Shown in pieces: positions 13,166 to 27,343 of a stretch of 64,000 nt of DNA. The DNA is taken from contig NC_043000.1 in the NCBI RefSeq assembly GCF_006345805.1, positions 29,264,001 through 29,328,000 on the forward strand, in the 5' to 3' direction. The DNA comes from Octopus sinensis (lineage: Eukaryota). Made by a program: the position numbers and the translations under genes. Position 1 is the first letter of the stretch; each line of letters opens with the position of its first letter. A model generated the notes under the pieces. It was not told where the DNA came from. It did no database searches and worked only from the letters and a program-made list of their open reading frames with translations.

Positions 13166-13351
13166 CATACACACACACACACATATATATATATATAGCC
13201 GTGGCTGTGTGGTAAGTAGCTTGCTTCCCGACCACATGGTTCCGGTTCAGTCCCACTGCGTGGCACCTTGGGCAAGTGTTTTCTACTATGGCCTCTGGCC
13301 CACCAAAGCCTTGTGAGTGGATCTGGTAAGCGGAAACTGAAAGAAGCTCTT

Positions 13352-13782
<431 letters not shown>

Positions 13783-14018
13783 AGCATTATACACACACAC
13801 ACACACATATATATATATATTATAAATCGGCAGGGTCGTGGGGAAAAAGTGGTTTGCAGTATTTCGCCTGTCTGTACATTCTGAGTTCAATATCCGTTGA
13901 GGTCGATTTTGTCTTTCATCCTTTGGGAATCGATGAATTAAGCGCCCGTTGAGTACCGGAGTCGATGTAATTGACTTATCTCATGAAATTGTGGATCTTG
14001 TACCATATATATATATGC

Positions 14019-14128
<110 letters not shown>

Positions 14129-14207
14129 ATACATATACATATACATACATACCTACATACATACATATATAGATATAGATAGATATAGATATAGATGCAT
14201 ATCTAGG

Positions 14208-14451
14208 TACAGGACGTCACCAACAGCAAACAACATGAAATACGAAAACAAATGAGTTAAATACGCAAATAACTAGGGAAAAAAGAACAAGTAATACAAA
14301 GAAAAACCCTTCTACAGTTGTCGGCTGCTTGGGGACTAGATAGACAGCCAACAGCTGATGAAGGGTGTTTCTTTCTATTACTTGTTCTTTTTGCGTATTT
14401 AGCTCATTTGTTTTCGTATTTCATGTTGTTTACTGTTGGTGACGTCCTGTA
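14208..14451. repeat. Near-perfect 244-bp palindrome (fold-back element)
   Basis: TACAGGACGTCACCAACAGCAAACAACATGAAATACGAAAACAAATGAG... / ...CTCATTTGTTTTCGTATTTCATGTTGTTTACTGTTGGTGACGTCCTGTA, with a short central loop. Confidence 0.9.
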
Positions 14452-14463
14452 GCCATATCTATA

Positions 14464-14535
<72 letters not shown>

Positions 14536-14616
14536 GTCTATCTATACATACATATATTATAGATTATTTATATTATTATTTAACTGAACTCATCCATTTC
14601 CAGGTATGTATGTATG

Positions 14617-14711
<95 letters not shown>

Positions 14712-14807
14712 GTATATGTATATGTATATATGTATTTGACTTTGAAGTCGTATTATTTAAGGAAAGGTGGATACCTTCAGTGGTGGCCATCAATGTTGAG
14801 ATATGTA

Positions 14808-16461
14808 CAGGATCTTTCAGATAAAGTGAGACCAATTTTAAGCCGTTGATTTAGTATGTTCAACATTTCATTTTTTGTCGAAACCTTCCTTGCTTGAAAA
14901 TCTAATCATCTTTATTTTTCAGGTAAATAGCGAACTGATTCGACAACAAAATGTCATAGAACAACAGAATCATTCCGCCATTGTTGTTTTGGCGTGCGCT
15001 GGGCACACTGCCAATAAAGTTGTGAAGTTGACGAAACTTCCAAACCAACAATTTATCGTGTGTATAAACAATTTAAGGAAGAGGGAAAGATTGATAGAGA
15101 AGAACACTAGACTGAAAGTGATTCCAAGCGCAATCCAGAGTTTCTCACTGGCCTCAAACGCTCGATTGAAGCCAACCCATCCAGATCCATGACAACTCTT
15201 GCAGAGAAACGCAATGTGTCCCTTTTCCACGGTGTCCAGACCGGTGAACAGGAACTTTTGTATGATTAGCTATGTTCGATGCCATCGTCACCTCCTACCA
15301 ACCAAGGCCAAAGCAATCAGAGCCGAGAGATGCCCAAAGCTTCTGTCATTCATCAAGCATCAAGGTGCAGGAAAAACTCTCGTGTTTGTGGACGAGAAGA
15401 AGTTCAGTGTGGACGCTGAGGTGAATCGCAGAAAATCTCAAGGTGCCGAGCTGGCAGGAAAGTTTGCACGCCGGGTGAAATGCGTAGTCGTATTTCGTCT
15501 GCCACTACGTTCTGAGTTCAAATTCCGCCGAGGTCGACTTTGCCTTTCATCCTTTCGGGGTCGATTAGATAAGTACTAGTTACGCACTGGGGTCGATGTA
15601 ATCGACTTAATCCATTTGTCTGTCCTTGTTTGTCCCCTCTGAGTAGCCCCTTGTGGGTAGTAAAGGAATAGGTATTTCGTCTGCCGTTACTTTCTGAGTT
15701 CAAATTCCGCCGAGGTCGACTTTGCCTTTCATCCTTTCGGGGTCGATAAATTAAGTACCAGTTACGCACTGGGGTCGATATAATCGACTTAATCCATTTG
15801 TCTGTCCTTGTTTGTCCTCTCTATATTTAGCCCTTTGTGGGCAATAAAGAAATAAGAAATTCTCAAGTGATTGCATACAACCCTTTTGACGTCACCACAT
15901 GTGATTGAGACTAAGTGTCTGTCTCTGTGATGGTATTTGGAGCTGTGGCGAGTGATGGAAGTGTCACAGATCCACACATCATTGAGTCTGGACATCCTGA
16001 AGAACTCTGTTACTTTGGATGGAGCAGAAGCTTGAACTTGACAATATGGTGCTTATCCAGGTTTCTGCCCCGTGCCATGGGTCAAAAGCAACACAGGCCT
16101 TCTTTGGTGAGATGGTACCGATTTTTTATGGGAGTCAACATCTGGCCCAGATATAGCCCAGATCTCAACCTTCTCGATTACGTTGTATCGGTCATACTTC
16201 AAGCAAGGACCAATGCTCCACCACACTCGAATGTCAACAGTTTGAAAACCTGCATCATGCAGGAGGTTGCGGCTCCTGTAAAATAAATTCGTTCTTGTGT
16301 GGTGGTAGTAATTGCCCAAAAGGGCGGCCATATTGCGTAGTAAATGTTTTTGCTGTAATAAATGTTACATTAAAATTATATCTGCCTGCCTCCATTATTT
16401 TAGTATTTATAACCAATTTTATGCATCGTATAAATCATCTCAATTTATCTGCAGGACCCTG
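14808..16461 (+). mobile_element. Decayed DD37D (maT-like) Tc1/mariner transposon with inserted SINE dimer
   Basis: TA|CAGGATCTTTCAGATAAAGTG...CAATTTATCTGCAGGACCCTG|TA. Transposase remnants: VFVDEKKFSVDAEVNRR, SVMVFGAVASDG, IWPRYSPDLNLLDY. Confidence 0.85.
15443..15854 (+). mobile_element. SINE family B dimer
   Basis: Two units. TSD AGAAAATCTCAAG (15430-15442) / AGAAATTCTCAAG (15855-15867). Confidence 0.9.
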
Positions 16462-16729
16462 TATTTATGTATATCTATCTATATATAATGTATACACCTC
16501 CTCCCCACACTAATGTGCGCGCACACATATACACGCACTCAGCTTTCCGAGGATGCTATCCCTCAGCAAACCGGCGTTTAAACAAAACACATATACACTA
16601 TATATGTGGGACCAATAATGTTTACATTACTAGAGTTGCTTTTAATTCGTCCCTGAAATTCCTGAGTTTGTTCTGAAGCTTGTGTATATTGAGTTCTAAC
16701 ACCAGATTGTTAGTATCGGCATGCATAAA

Positions 16730-16795
<66 letters not shown>

Positions 16796-16818
16796 TATTA
16801 TTATTTTATCATTATTTT

Positions 16819-16891
16819 GTATCTGAGGTCCCTGTGACTTGACAGGTGACTAAAGACACCGGTGCATTTTTACATACACTGTGTTACGAAG

Positions 16892-16892
<1 letters not shown>
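16819..16892 (+). mobile_element. Very short 3' end of an RLE (R4/Dong-like) retroelement between two (AAT)n arrays
   Basis: CTGAGGTCCCTGTGACTTGACAGGTGA resembles the 3' motif at 59132-59162 and 55775-55807. (AAT)n arrays at 16733-16795 and 16893-16945. Confidence 0.5.
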
Positions 16893-16947
<55 letters not shown>

Positions 16948-19376
16948 GCGGGAATATGGTGAAGGGGAAAGAGAGAGAGAGAAAGAGAGTGAGAAAGAGA
17001 GAGAATGAGCAACTGAGATCTGTTTTGAATACTTGTTGAAATTACTTTGATTCTAACATGTTGCAAATGGTATTGAAAATTTTTAGGCTTTGAAGTCGGT
17101 TTCTGCGTTTCCCCGACTTCACCGGAAAAGCAAATATTGCATTTGTGAGGAGTCGTCCAGATATTAGGCGAAGCCTGATATACTTGTGAGTAAGATATTG
17201 CCATCAAAATAAATGTAAAATAAGATCTCTTTGTTTAGATATGCGAGGAATGGTTAGTAGCAGCGATATGAGAGTTTGAAAGAAAGGAGGCGTATAAAGG
17301 ATATGACAAAAGAAATTGCAACTTGACAGGAAAGTCCAACCATTATGTAGTTTCATAGAAATACCTTGGCAATTACCATACAATGTAGGTTCTCTGAGAA
17401 AATATCACATGTCTTAAGCAATCAAATTGAATTTAATATTTTTCTACTTCAGAAAAAACTCTGACACATTGTCCACACTTAAGATGAGTGGTATTTTAGA
17501 TATCGATTTTTTTTCTGGAAAAAATAGCGTGAGAGCAGTGAAATTTCGCTTCCATAGATTCTGCCTCGGGTCTGGAATGGGCGTTTTTTTTTGTGTGTGT
17601 TTTCTATATTCTTGCTTTTTATTTGCTGAAGAATCTAGAGAGAAACTTGCTCTGGACTGTATTGAAATAAGATGATGTGAATCGGTAGACAAAGACGAAA
17701 TCCTTGAGAGAATTTATTTCGTAACAAATCGACAAAAACTAAACAAAAAGATAAACCTCTTTCTATTCACAAATCTTAACAAATGAAAAATAAAAACAAA
17801 TAAAAGTACATCACAAAGACTCTAATACGTCGCTTTTCAGAGATATTTAAAGTCTTTTAAAGGCTGCTTTAACGAGTCGCTTAGGTAACACTACCTTAAA
17901 CATACACCTATACACATACGCACACACAAATACACGCACGGCGTAACATTTAGATAAGGACTTTCTACACAGTGCTATCATGCCACTCAAGTATTCTCTA
18001 CGAGAAAATACTATTCCGATATTCTTTTCAACTCTTGGCACAAGGCCCGAAATTTTGGGGGGAGGGGCCCAGTCGATTAGATCTACCCCAGTACGCAACT
18101 GGTACTTAATTTATGAACTCCGAAAAGCAAAGTCGACCTCGGTGGAATTTGAACCCAGAATGTAAAGACAGACGAAATACCTATGTCTTTACTACCCACA
18201 AGGGGCTAAACACAGAAAGGACAAACAATATTAGATTTATTTCAGCCCTTCTTATTCCCGCTGTGTTGTTCACGAAAAGGAATGTATGCAAATAGATTCA
18301 AAAACAATGTAATTATCAGAAATTTTTCCGTTTCGTTTCTGTGCAACGCAATTATATTTCGAAAAATCTATTGTCTGATGCAGGTGACGAAAATATTTTA
18401 ACGCAAATAAAAGAAGTAGAAAAGCAACGAAACAAACACGAACGCAAATAAATTAAAGCAATGGTTAAGAAAATATACAGAATATAACATAAGACAGAGC
18501 CATACACCTAACAGAATACATTCGATAATTTTCACGTCATTATCAGACGTGTCGAAAGAAAGCAGCGGTTCCTTATTATTTCTTTGAGCGTCTGTAGTTA
18601 GATATTATGGAAAAATACTAGCAGCTAGCAATGCTTTCTATTTCGCTGGCCCAAGTTTAAACTAAAAATAATTTAGAGATCTCTAGCGATTTTTGTACGC
18701 TGGAACCTATTCCAATTAACTGAGTAACACAACGCATAAAACATAGTAAAAACAGTTGTTTTTTCACAGCAGTGGCTGAAGGCGCGCTCATTGTATTGTA
18801 TATTGTATTATGTAAGAAGTTCATTCATTTTTGCATGAACATATTTTTTCTCAGAAGTCGAATACACATGCATACAGCTTCTATTGTTGTATCGGTTTGA
18901 TTTATAAATATATTTATATTTTTAAATATGCCATCACTGTATATTAAATCAGATACGCAAAACCGCACGCATGTTAAAACGAAAAACAGCTGAAAACAAA
19001 TGGAAAATACATTGCTAACGTTAATTATGACGTACCCTATGGAATACAGATGTGTCTTATTACTGAGTACGTATGCACCCGGAGTAGGCACAGTATGAAC
19101 GAATAGTTAAGAAGTTCGTTCCACGACCACGAGGTCACGGGATCGATCCGTCTGTGGAAGATAATATTTATCCGCGTTTTGGGAAAACATTACCTTTTGA
19201 TGCCTCGGGTCGGCTCATATGTTGTTAATGAAATTGTAAACAAGGATGTAGACGGAAAGACCGGATAAAGCAAAAGGCAAGCCAAAACAAATAGACATTA
19301 CAGAACAGAATGGCAAAATAATATGTAAAAATATAAAAAATACGATATAAAAAATACTTCTTTCATTATTTCACAG

Positions 19377-19462
19377 CTAATCATTGTCGGTGGTTTCGAA
19401 CATCTTCTGATGGTACTTCAATGTGCAGCAGGATTTGGAAGTATGGCTGGAGGTTATATGGG
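19377..19462 (+). CDS. Candidate internal exon of an unidentified gene
   Basis: Strong acceptor CTTCTTTCATTATTTCACAG, donor GG|GTAAAT. Two open frames (LIIVGGFEHLLMVLQCAAGFGSMAGGYMG or NHCRWFRTSSDGTSMCSRIWKYGWRLYG). Confidence 0.3.
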
Positions 19463-20042
19463 GTAAATATTACATGACACCGGATAAAAATAAATCTAGA
19501 AATGAGTGCAAATTAAGACATAAAAATGGTCTTTTGACTCAAACGGGATAAACATGACATCTAAATAGTGATACGTCTTTAATGAGACGAGAAATTTTCC
19601 AAGAAGGAAAATATTATGGGAGAGGTTTTCTAAAGAAAAAATAGAAAATAACAGAAAAAAGAAAACAAAACAAAAAAAGGCTCATTCGAACAATATGGCG
19701 CTCGGAAAAAAATGGAAAACAGGAAGTGAATGGAGAGTGGGAAAGAGGGAGAGAGTAAGGCAGGGTAAATACGGTTGGAGATAGCAAAACAACTAATTAG
19801 GGAATTGCGGACTTTAGCGGTAGGACATACATACATTCATATACATACATATATAATACATACATACATACATACATACATACATACATACATACAACAT
19901 ACATACATACATACATACATACATACTAACATACATACATACATACATACATTCTCTATTTATGTTTGAACGCTGTGTGCTCCATCTTTTCTATGTATGG
20001 TTATTTGCACTAAGATGTCCTAAGATGCACCTTGAATAATAG

Positions 20043-20082
20043 TATACTGCCTCTGGATTTCTTGCTGGTTCTACACTTCATT
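20043..20082 (+). CDS. Candidate micro-exon YTASGFLAGSTLH
   Basis: Perfect donor |GTAAGT and A/T-ending codons, but a weak acceptor. Confidence 0.25.
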
Positions 20083-20628
20083 GTAAGTATTAACAAATAC
20101 AGAGATATCTTAGCTAATGAACCTTTATTAAAAATAATTGCCATAGGATAAAAATAAATGAGTTCGGAGTCAGTCAAGGCTCATATCTATGTTTACCAAT
20201 TAAGAATGCGGTGACTTGATCTTCAGCGCTATTGTATATACCAGCCGGGAAATACGTTTTATAGAATGAAAAATAACACTGCAAATTTGACTGTTGAAGA
20301 AAGAGCGTGTTGGTTTTGAATCACAAATAGGCTCACAGGATAGGTATTGCTTTGTTCTATATAACTAAAGAATTATGGATTCGCAAATGTTGGAGGTTTC
20401 TCTGCATTAATCCGACTTGAATTTTATATCCTACTTTCCAAACAGCATTTTGTATTTTTGGTTCTGTTCGGATGTTAAGCGACAGTTACAGCACCGTCTT
20501 TTCAAAATTGTTACTCTTGGCCTTTTTCGCTCTTTCTCTCCATTTCTCTCTCCCTTTCATTCTTTCTCCCTCCCTTCCTTTCTTGCTTTCTCCCTCCCTC
20601 TCGCCCTCTCCTTTTTTCTTTCTTTCCT

Positions 20629-20660
<32 letters not shown>

Positions 20661-20794
20661 TTTTTCTTTCTTTCTTTCTTTCTTTTTCTCTCTCTGTCTC
20701 CGTCTCCGCCTCTCTCTCTCTCTCTTTCTTTCTCTCTCTCCCCTTCTTTCTTTGCTTCTTTTCTTCCCTCTTTTCTTCCTTCCTTTCATTCTTC

Positions 20795-20827
<33 letters not shown>

Positions 20828-21412
20828 TTTCTTTTCTTCTCTCCCCCCTCTCTCTATATAGTTGAAATTTACAGAAAAACAAAAGGTGTATGAACGACAA
20901 GTGTATTAGTTTGACGCTCGGGAAGGTGAGAGAGTCTTTTACGTTTCGAGCCTGCGCTCTTCAAAACAAAGGAATAAGATGAAATAAATAGAGAGAGAAT
21001 AAAAAAACTTGTGGATTTAGAGATCAAGCATGGCGACTATATATGTATGTACATATATGTATTTAAGCATGTATGCTTGTATTTATGTATGTATTTATGT
21101 ATGTATGTATATATATTTATATATACAAAATAAGAAAATGGAGGAATAGATTCCTTTCAATCATCAACTTCCAGATAATACCAATTCATATAATTTATTA
21201 ACTAATTAATTAAATTAAATAGGAACATCCAAATCCAACAGAATAAGACAGAATAAAACAATATACATCAATTACACTCATAACCCTTATCTCACTTTGT
21301 ACTTATATTTATATATATATAGAGAGAGACGTATGGATATGCATACATATAATATATATAAACCTCTTTGCAACATAATGCAATGAATTGTTCCCCTGTC
21401 GACTCATTGTAG

Positions 21413-21475
21413 TTAAGCATCCAGTTGCTCTTGGACCTTCCAATACAGGATTACAACCAACTACAATGGTGAAAC
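21413..21475 (+). CDS. Candidate 63-nt phase 1-1 exon KHPVALGPSNTGLQPTTMVK
   Basis: TTGTAG| acceptor, |GTACGT donor, 16 of 20 codons end in A/T. Confidence 0.25.
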
Positions 21476-21579
21476 GTACGTAGGAGCATAAGAAATGAAC
21501 TTGTTTTTGGAATCTCCCTTCATAACTAACAATTCTGCTAAGTAAACCACTCATCTAGAAGCAGATTGAAAAAGAAGTT

Positions 21580-21790
21580 ACCTTCTCGAGTCACAAGGAA
21601 CCAGTTTCCTGATTTCCATGGCATATATATTCCCTACCTGGATGGGACGTCAGTCCATCGCAGGGTTACTCACTTTTGCCGTCTGAGTGGACTGGAGCAA
21701 TGTGAATTAAGTGTTTTGCTGAAGAACACAACACGTCGCCAGGTTCAGGAATCGAAACCACAATTTTATGATCATGAGTTCTAATCCGCG
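21580..21790 (-). mobile_element. SINE with CORE-like centre, third tail type (TGCGATGGACTGACGTCCCATCCAGG)
   Basis: Related copy at about 23345-23553(-). Confidence 0.75.
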
Positions 21791-22158
21791 CGCCCCCACA
21801 AGATGCGGAGTGGATGATGATAATCTACGTGGAGCTCTAAACTCAACAGCATCAGTCGTGCCTGGGACAAATAGCGACCGAGGGCTGGTTCTACATACCT
21901 CAAAACCCAAGAGTTCTAGAACCACATATAGTTTATAGTCATATCCAAGGGACATACAGACGTACAAACACATGCACGCACGTACACACACACACGCGCG
22001 CGCGCACACGCACGCAAGCACACATACACACGCACGCACACACGCACGCACACACGCACGCACAAACACACACGCACGCACACACACACTTACGCACGCA
22101 TACACACACTCACACGCACATACACTCACACACACTCACACTCACACACAAACACATG

Positions 22159-23078
22159 CAGAATACAATATCACAAAGAATATGAAAAAGAGCCTTGACT
22201 TAGTTACAACATTGTCAAAGGACGTAGGGTTGGAGTTTGATCAGGATAAATGTTGTTATATGGTTGTGAAAAGAGGGAATATTGTAAACCAGACTAGCAG
22301 CATCTCCATCAATGACTTAACTGCTTTTCCTATATCTGACGAGGAATGTTACAGGTGTCTATGGGTGGATGAAAACATATCTTATAATGGTACCTGTAAC
22401 AAAACACATGTCAGTAAAGAATATTACTGCCGAATAAAGAAAATATGGAATAAAACAGTGGCCCACAATGTGTTTGCAGTACCAACTCATACCAACATTT
22501 GGGTTGCTTAACTGGACGCTTGATGAGATCCGAGCCATTGTGGTGAAAACCCCCCAAATATCAACAAGCACACATAATTTCCACATAAACAGTGACGTAG
22601 ACCGCCTCTGCCTAAAATGAAAATTATGGGAGGGGGGAGAGTTTAAGACCGATCCAGACTGCCTTTGAATGTCGCATCATATTCCTTCGGAAACATCTTT
22701 TAACCACCAAATGTCGAAGTGTATCCTTTGACCAAGTTTGCGACTGATAACATCATGGGACTTGGTAAGCAGCTCCTCGAGCAACATTCCATGTCTGATA
22801 ACCTTAAATACATGCAGATAAAGCTGAAGATCAGTGGAAAATCGAATACCTACGCTGAACTATTGAGAAATCTATAGTTACTCTACCCAGATTACAAGTT
22901 CAGGTTTATACCTGTAATTATTGGGGCCCTGAGATATGTAACACATTGCCTAAGTATCTATCTTGAGAAATTAGGCTTCTCAAAACCAGAAAGAAGAACG
23001 ATGATTCGAAGACTACAGTTCCAAGACATCACTGGAACTGTAAACGTCTGTAAAACTTTTCAGAAGTTTATCATTTAA
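22159..23078 (+). mobile_element. Decayed, internally deleted RLE-type (R4/Dong/CRE-like) LINE
   Basis: DVGLEFDQDKC...YRCLWVDE...TFGLLNWTLDEI...SDVDRL (RT C-terminal part), then YKFRFIPVIIGALRY...GTVNVCKTFQKFII-stop. Confidence 0.8.
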
Positions 23079-23711
23079 ATATATATGCGCATTTCTAGAC
23101 ACGCAAGTATATGCGTGTAAATACATGCATAAAAAAAAACATACAAATCTGCACGTATACGTACATACAGACGGAAATACACACACATACTCATACATAC
23201 ATACATACATACATACATACATACATACATACATACATACATACATACATGCATGCATGCATGCATAAATACATACATACATACGTACATACATACATAC
23301 ATACATACATGCATACATACATACATACGTACATACACTTAGGCCTATAAGGCTGAGTTTTCGGATCATGTGGTGTTCACCTCCTTGGACGGGACGCCGG
23401 TCCATTGCAGTAATACTCCATTTTGTGAGTTGAGTAAAATGGAACGACGTGAAATGTTTTGTTAGAAGACACAATGCACCGCCTATTCTAGGAATCGAAA
23501 CCGCTATATTATGATGAGTGCAACACTTCAACCACTAAGCCACGCGCCTCCATATATGGAACATCGCGTAATGGATATAACATTCATATATATTTATAAA
23601 CATAGATACATACATTCATTCATGTAAGTGTAGAAGTACGTATGCGCATGTGCACACACACTGACACACACACACACACACACACCACACACACACACAC
23701 ATATACATATA

Positions 23712-24702
23712 TAGGATGTGATGGGTAAATTGTCGCCATTTCATACTTTTAATTTCGCATATGCGCATTGTTTGTTGTTGATTTTGTCGACTACACAGTA
23801 TGGTAGGGTCAGTTGAGCACCGTCTGTGAGAAAACCAGCATCATGAGGCCATTCAAAATGCCAGAAATTTGGAAACGACATACTGTACTGCTCGGCATTC
23901 GCACCGGAAGCTCCAATACAAATATTTCAGAGTGTTTGAGTGTTAATCTGAGGTAAGTTCTGAAGAATCGGGAAGAGTTGGACGAGTCTCATTGTGATTA
24001 CGAAAGTACGGTAGCTCGGAAGGCAAGGACTATGGCAGTATTCACCAACTTAAACAAGGATACCGTCCAGAAGAGTAGCAGGAGATTCCGAAGTCGTCTG
24101 GAGGCCGTGGTTGAAGCCAATGGCGATTTATTGAATAATTTTACTCTTTAGTATTTCAGGATATTTCTATGTAATTTTGGTTAACAGGCGCAGGAGTGCC
24201 TATAATGTAAGTAGCTTGCTTACCAACCACATGGTTCTGAGTTCACTCCCACTGCGTGACACCTTCGGCAAGTGTCTTCTACTATACCTTCGGGCCGACC
24301 AAAGCCTTGTGAGTGGATTTTGTAGACGGAAACTGAAAGAAGCCCGTCGTATGTATGTATATATATTTGTGTGTATGTGTGTGCTTGTGTGTCTGTGTTT
24401 CCCCACCGCCATCGCTTGACGACCGACGATGATGTGTTCAAGTCCTCGTAAGTTAGCAGTTCCGCTTAAGAGACCGATAGAATAAGTACTAGGCTTACAA
24501 AGAATAAGTCCTGGGGTTTCAATTTGTTCGACTTAAAGGCGGTGCTTTAGCATGGCTGCAGTCAAATGACTGAAACAGATAGAAGAATAAAAGAATAAAA
24601 AACTTAAAGAATAAAGGAATAAAAGAATATCTGTTGAAATGAGATGTCAGTGTTATCTTCATTTTTGCGTAATTTAGAGGACACTTTATTCACCGCACCC
24701 TG
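23712..24702 (+). mobile_element. Internally deleted maT/DD37D-like element with inserted SINE A (24186-24620)
   Basis: TA|TAGGATGTGATGGGTAAATTGTC ... GACACTTTATTCACCGCACCCTG|TA. N-terminal MRPFKMPEIWKRHTVLLGI is fused to C-terminal RRFRSRLEAVVEANGD. Confidence 0.8.
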
Positions 24703-25394
24703 TATATATATTACATATATTGCACACACATATAATAACATCCATATATTATATATATATATATATATGTGTGGTGTGTGTGTGTGTGTGAGTGTGTGTG
24801 TGCGTGTATATATATATATATTATATATATATATATAGATATATATTGATTTTTGATTTTTCCGGTTTCAGCTAATGAGCTGTGGCCATGCTGGGGCACC
24901 GCCATTTTATATATCTATTATCTATACCATACACGCGAACAAACACATATGCATTCGTGCAGGTATACAAACTTATATAAATACATAAATACGTATGCAT
25001 AGAAACATACAGGCACTCTCTCTCTCCCTCTCCCTCTCACACACATAAATGCTCATTTACTCCGATATTAGCTTTACATTCAAATTGAGCGTAACAACGA
25101 GTTCGTTAACTTTCGCCGCCATTGCTAGTCAAAATTTCATTAGGGACTATTTAAAGCACGACGGCCATTTTCTTTTTTCCGGTGAACCATTTGGAAAGGG
25201 GATGAAATATTTATAGGAACGGTTTTCACTTGCTCAATACTAGAAGATAACTGAAGAATTAGCGTCCATTCTGTGGAGGACATGGGGATTTTTCGATCGG
25301 TTTATTGGTGGTTCGTGCATGTCTTAAATCTTAAATCTCCTGGAAAACGATTCTCGAAAAATTACCAAGAATTGAATTTTAGCAACGGCTTTTC

Positions 25395-25410
25395 GATGTT
25401 GTTGTTGTTG

Positions 25411-25442
<32 letters not shown>

Positions 25443-25522
25443 GATTTTAATCATCACCAACATCATCATCATCATCATAAGGATTATTATTGTTATTATT
25501 ATCTTCAACATCATCTTCAGCA

Positions 25523-25580
<58 letters not shown>

Positions 25581-25661
25581 GCTAGCATTACTGCTGTCGC
25601 TATGGCTATAAAAGTTATCATCATCATTATCATCTTCATTATTTTCACTATTAAAAACACA

Positions 25662-25696
<35 letters not shown>

Positions 25697-25759
25697 GATT
25701 GCTATTTTGCCACTACAAATATCGTCGTCGTCATCATCATCATCATCATCATCATCACC

Positions 25760-25791
<32 letters not shown>

Positions 25792-25843
25792 CATCAACAT
25801 CATCATCATGACCGCCGCCACCACCACCACCACCACCACCACC

Positions 25844-25874
<31 letters not shown>

Positions 25875-26100
25875 CCATCACCATCACCATCACCATCGTC
25901 GTCGTCGTCCTTGAAGGTTATTTACTGAATAAACTGATGGCAAATATAACTGATGATGATAATAATGACGATGGTACATTTGGTGGTGACGATGATGATA
26001 ATGGTGGTGGTAGTGGTGAGGATATTGCTGCTGATGGTGGTGGTGGGGATATTACTGCTGATGGTGGTGGTGATGGTGGGGATGTGATAACATCATTAAG
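25395..26100. repeat. Compound trinucleotide low-complexity array
   Basis: (TTG)(TTA)(ATC)(CTA)(CAT)(CAC)(GAT)(GGT) blocks. Similar blocks at 28130-28930 and 32460-32680. Confidence 0.9.
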
Positions 26101-27097
26101 GGTTATGATGAGACAAATGCAAGCAACGAGAGTAACAGAAAAAAACATTAATCAACCATCGTATACACACACACACGCATACACACACACACATACATAC
26201 ATACGTAACACACACAACACACACAACACACACATATATATATATATATATATACACGCGCACACACATGTCTGAATGCATGTATGAAAGTATGTATGTA
26301 TATATGTATATGTGTATATATATATAAACATACACATACACATTTATAAATATATCTTTCTGTAATGAACACACACATACACACGCACACACACACACAT
26401 ATAGATGATATGATATATACTATAAACACATACCTATAAGTACATATAATATATATATACGTAATGCATATATGCACATATATATACACAGACACGTACA
26501 TACACATACACACGCACACACACCACACATATATATATGATATATGCTATAAACATACCTATGAGTACATATGATATATATATATATATACATACGTAAC
26601 GCATATATGCACATATATATACACACACGTACACACACATATACACACACGTAGACTCACATACACACACACACGCAAAGACCCAAAACTTCCAAGAATA
26701 AACACTAAAATTCCTGTACACCGAGACCCAGTAAAATATGAAAATCTCAATTATCGATCAGATGATGTTAGATTGAGTCGGCGGATTTATAAAAGGGACA
26801 TGTCCAAATGTCTCCTTAGCATTTCCTAACCTCGTAGACTTTCTCATCTGAGAGTCCCATCGCTTGATGCCTTCCAGCAGAAAGGAGAAGACAAATGGAA
26901 GTTGAGGATTTGCTGTTACGGCACTGTGGTGGTGGTGTTAATTGTGGTGGTGGTGGTGGTGGTGGTGTTGGTGATGGTGGTGTGATGGTGGTTGTGGTTG
27001 TGGTTGTGGTAATAGATTGTGGTAAAGTTAATTTATTGGAAATAAAGGGAGGGGCAGAGAGAAAGAAAGAGAGAGAGAGAGAGTAGTCGAGCGGTCT

Positions 27098-27203
<106 letters not shown>

Positions 27204-27311
27204 GCCTGTCTGTCTGCCTGCCTGCCTGTCTGTCTGTCTCTCTATGTATCTGCCTACCTACCTACGTACCTACCAACCTACTTATCTATATCTCTACACA
27301 GAATATGTATG

Positions 27312-27343
<32 letters not shown>

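Noticed and set aside
26810-27010. Frame ending KWKLRICCYGTVVVVLIVVV (tail-anchored-protein-like)
   Set aside because: The hydrophobic stretch is a (GTG)n microsatellite.
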